A stretch of DNA of 64,000 nucleotides from Eledone cirrhosa (Eukaryota): the NCBI GenBank assembly GCA_964016885.1, contig OZ024741.1, positions 143,282,001 to 143,346,000 on the forward strand, written 5' to 3'. The notes beneath the pieces were generated by a model. It did not search any database and was not told where the DNA came from. It saw nothing but the letters and a program-made list of their open reading frames with translations. Position numbers and translations under genes: made by a program. Each line of letters starts with the position of its first letter. Position 1 is the first letter of the stretch. This document shows, in pieces, positions 62,970 to 64,000 of the stretch.

Positions 62970-64000
62970 GTCATCATCATCATCATCACCGTTCTACGTC
63001 CGTTCTTCCACACTAGCATGGGTTAGACGGGTTGTCCTGTTGTGGGCAGTGTCTGGTCGGCTGACCATGCCTTGCTCATACAGGAACTGATGATTTCTAC
63101 AGCTGGATGCCCTTCCCAACACCAACCTCACCTACAGCGAGTGCTGGGTGCTTTTTCGTGGCGCCTCCATGTCCACTTTACAGTGTGGGCTGGGTGCCCC
63201 CCTGCCGTGGCACCTCCACGACTACCTTTCAGTGGGAGGGTGTGGGGGCATATTGTCTATATGCTTCAGCTGGTACCCATGGGAGGTCGAGTACTCTGTA
63301 TTACTGCGTGACGCCAGAGGTCACGGTCGTGTGTCATTGCCTTTGAGAGGTGTAATTGGGTAAGGTCGGCTTTCATCACCTCATCCCAAGTCTTCTTGGG
63401 TCTCCCCACTCCGCGGTTATTGCCTGCAGGACTATGATGAACAGGAGAGGGCTAAGAACAGAGCCCTTGTGGACACCAACCTATACGCTAAATTCCTCGC
63501 TATACTCATTGCTAATCCTAACTTTGCTGACTGCTCCCCTATACATGGCTTGTACAGCTTTCACAAGCTATTCATCTACTCCTAGTTTTCTAAGAGCCCA
63601 CCAGATTACAGCACGTGGAACTCTGTCAAAGGCTTTCTCGAGATCGACGAATGCCAGGTAGAGTGGCTTACTTTTAGCTAGGTACTTTTCCTGTAACTGC
63701 CTCACAAGGAAGAGGGCATCAGTGGTGCCTCTTTCTGCTACAAACCTAAATTGCATCTCATCTAGTTTCACCCGGTCCCTAATCAACTGTGCTATAACTC
63801 TTTCTGTTACTTTCATGACCTGGTCCATCAGCTTTATACCTCTATAGTTTCCTCTATCTAGTGCATCACCTTTACCTTTGTAGCAGTTGACATTGATGTT
63901 ACTGCACCAATCTTTTGGTATGGCACCTTCTAGTATTACCTGGTTAACAATACGTGTGGTTATAGTGTGACCTACAGACCCTGATGCCTTCAGCATCTCG
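62970..64000 (-). mobile_element. RTE LINE with internal deletion (RT region 63416-64000 joined to 3' end 62970-63415); runs off the window
   Basis: NYRGIKL..DLEKAFDRVP..QGSVLSPLLFIIVLQAI jumps to GVGRPKKTWDEV. Confidence 0.9.

Noticed and set aside
62539-63090. YI/IY-repeat ORFs here and at 8335-8682, 45365-45747, 55996-56505 and 57848-58212
   Set aside because: Products of (TA)n/(TG)n microsatellites.

Overview
AT-rich, repeat-dense eukaryotic genomic DNA. The RTE, SINE and microsatellite repertoire looks like a mollusc, probably a cephalopod (octopus-like); this is inference, not a database result. Host genes I can support are the last two coding exons of a highly divergent alpha-tubulin (319-492 and 9862-10817, separated by a 9.4 kb intron), a minus-strand terminal exon of a DUF4773-like protein (45936-46177) and an orphan BACK-domain-like ORF (3984-4343). 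Most of the remainder is transposable element sequence: RTE LINEs, Tx1/L1-like elements, R4/Dong and HERO-like elements, CR1, a Penelope element, Tc1/mariner, a Helitron and tRNA-SINEs. The most striking signal is invisible in the ORF track. About ten different type-I hammerhead ribozyme (HHR) sequence families are present, most in fold-back (inverted-repeat) cassettes whose ribozymes always point outward. One family occurs as circularly permuted ~315-nt monomers (retrozyme/circRNA-like), and two intact sense-strand HHRs lie inside the tubulin intron. The tubulin itself lacks the catalytic E254 and the motor-contact E415 but keeps an open frame and the EEY tail. Repeat boundaries were read by eye and are approximate.
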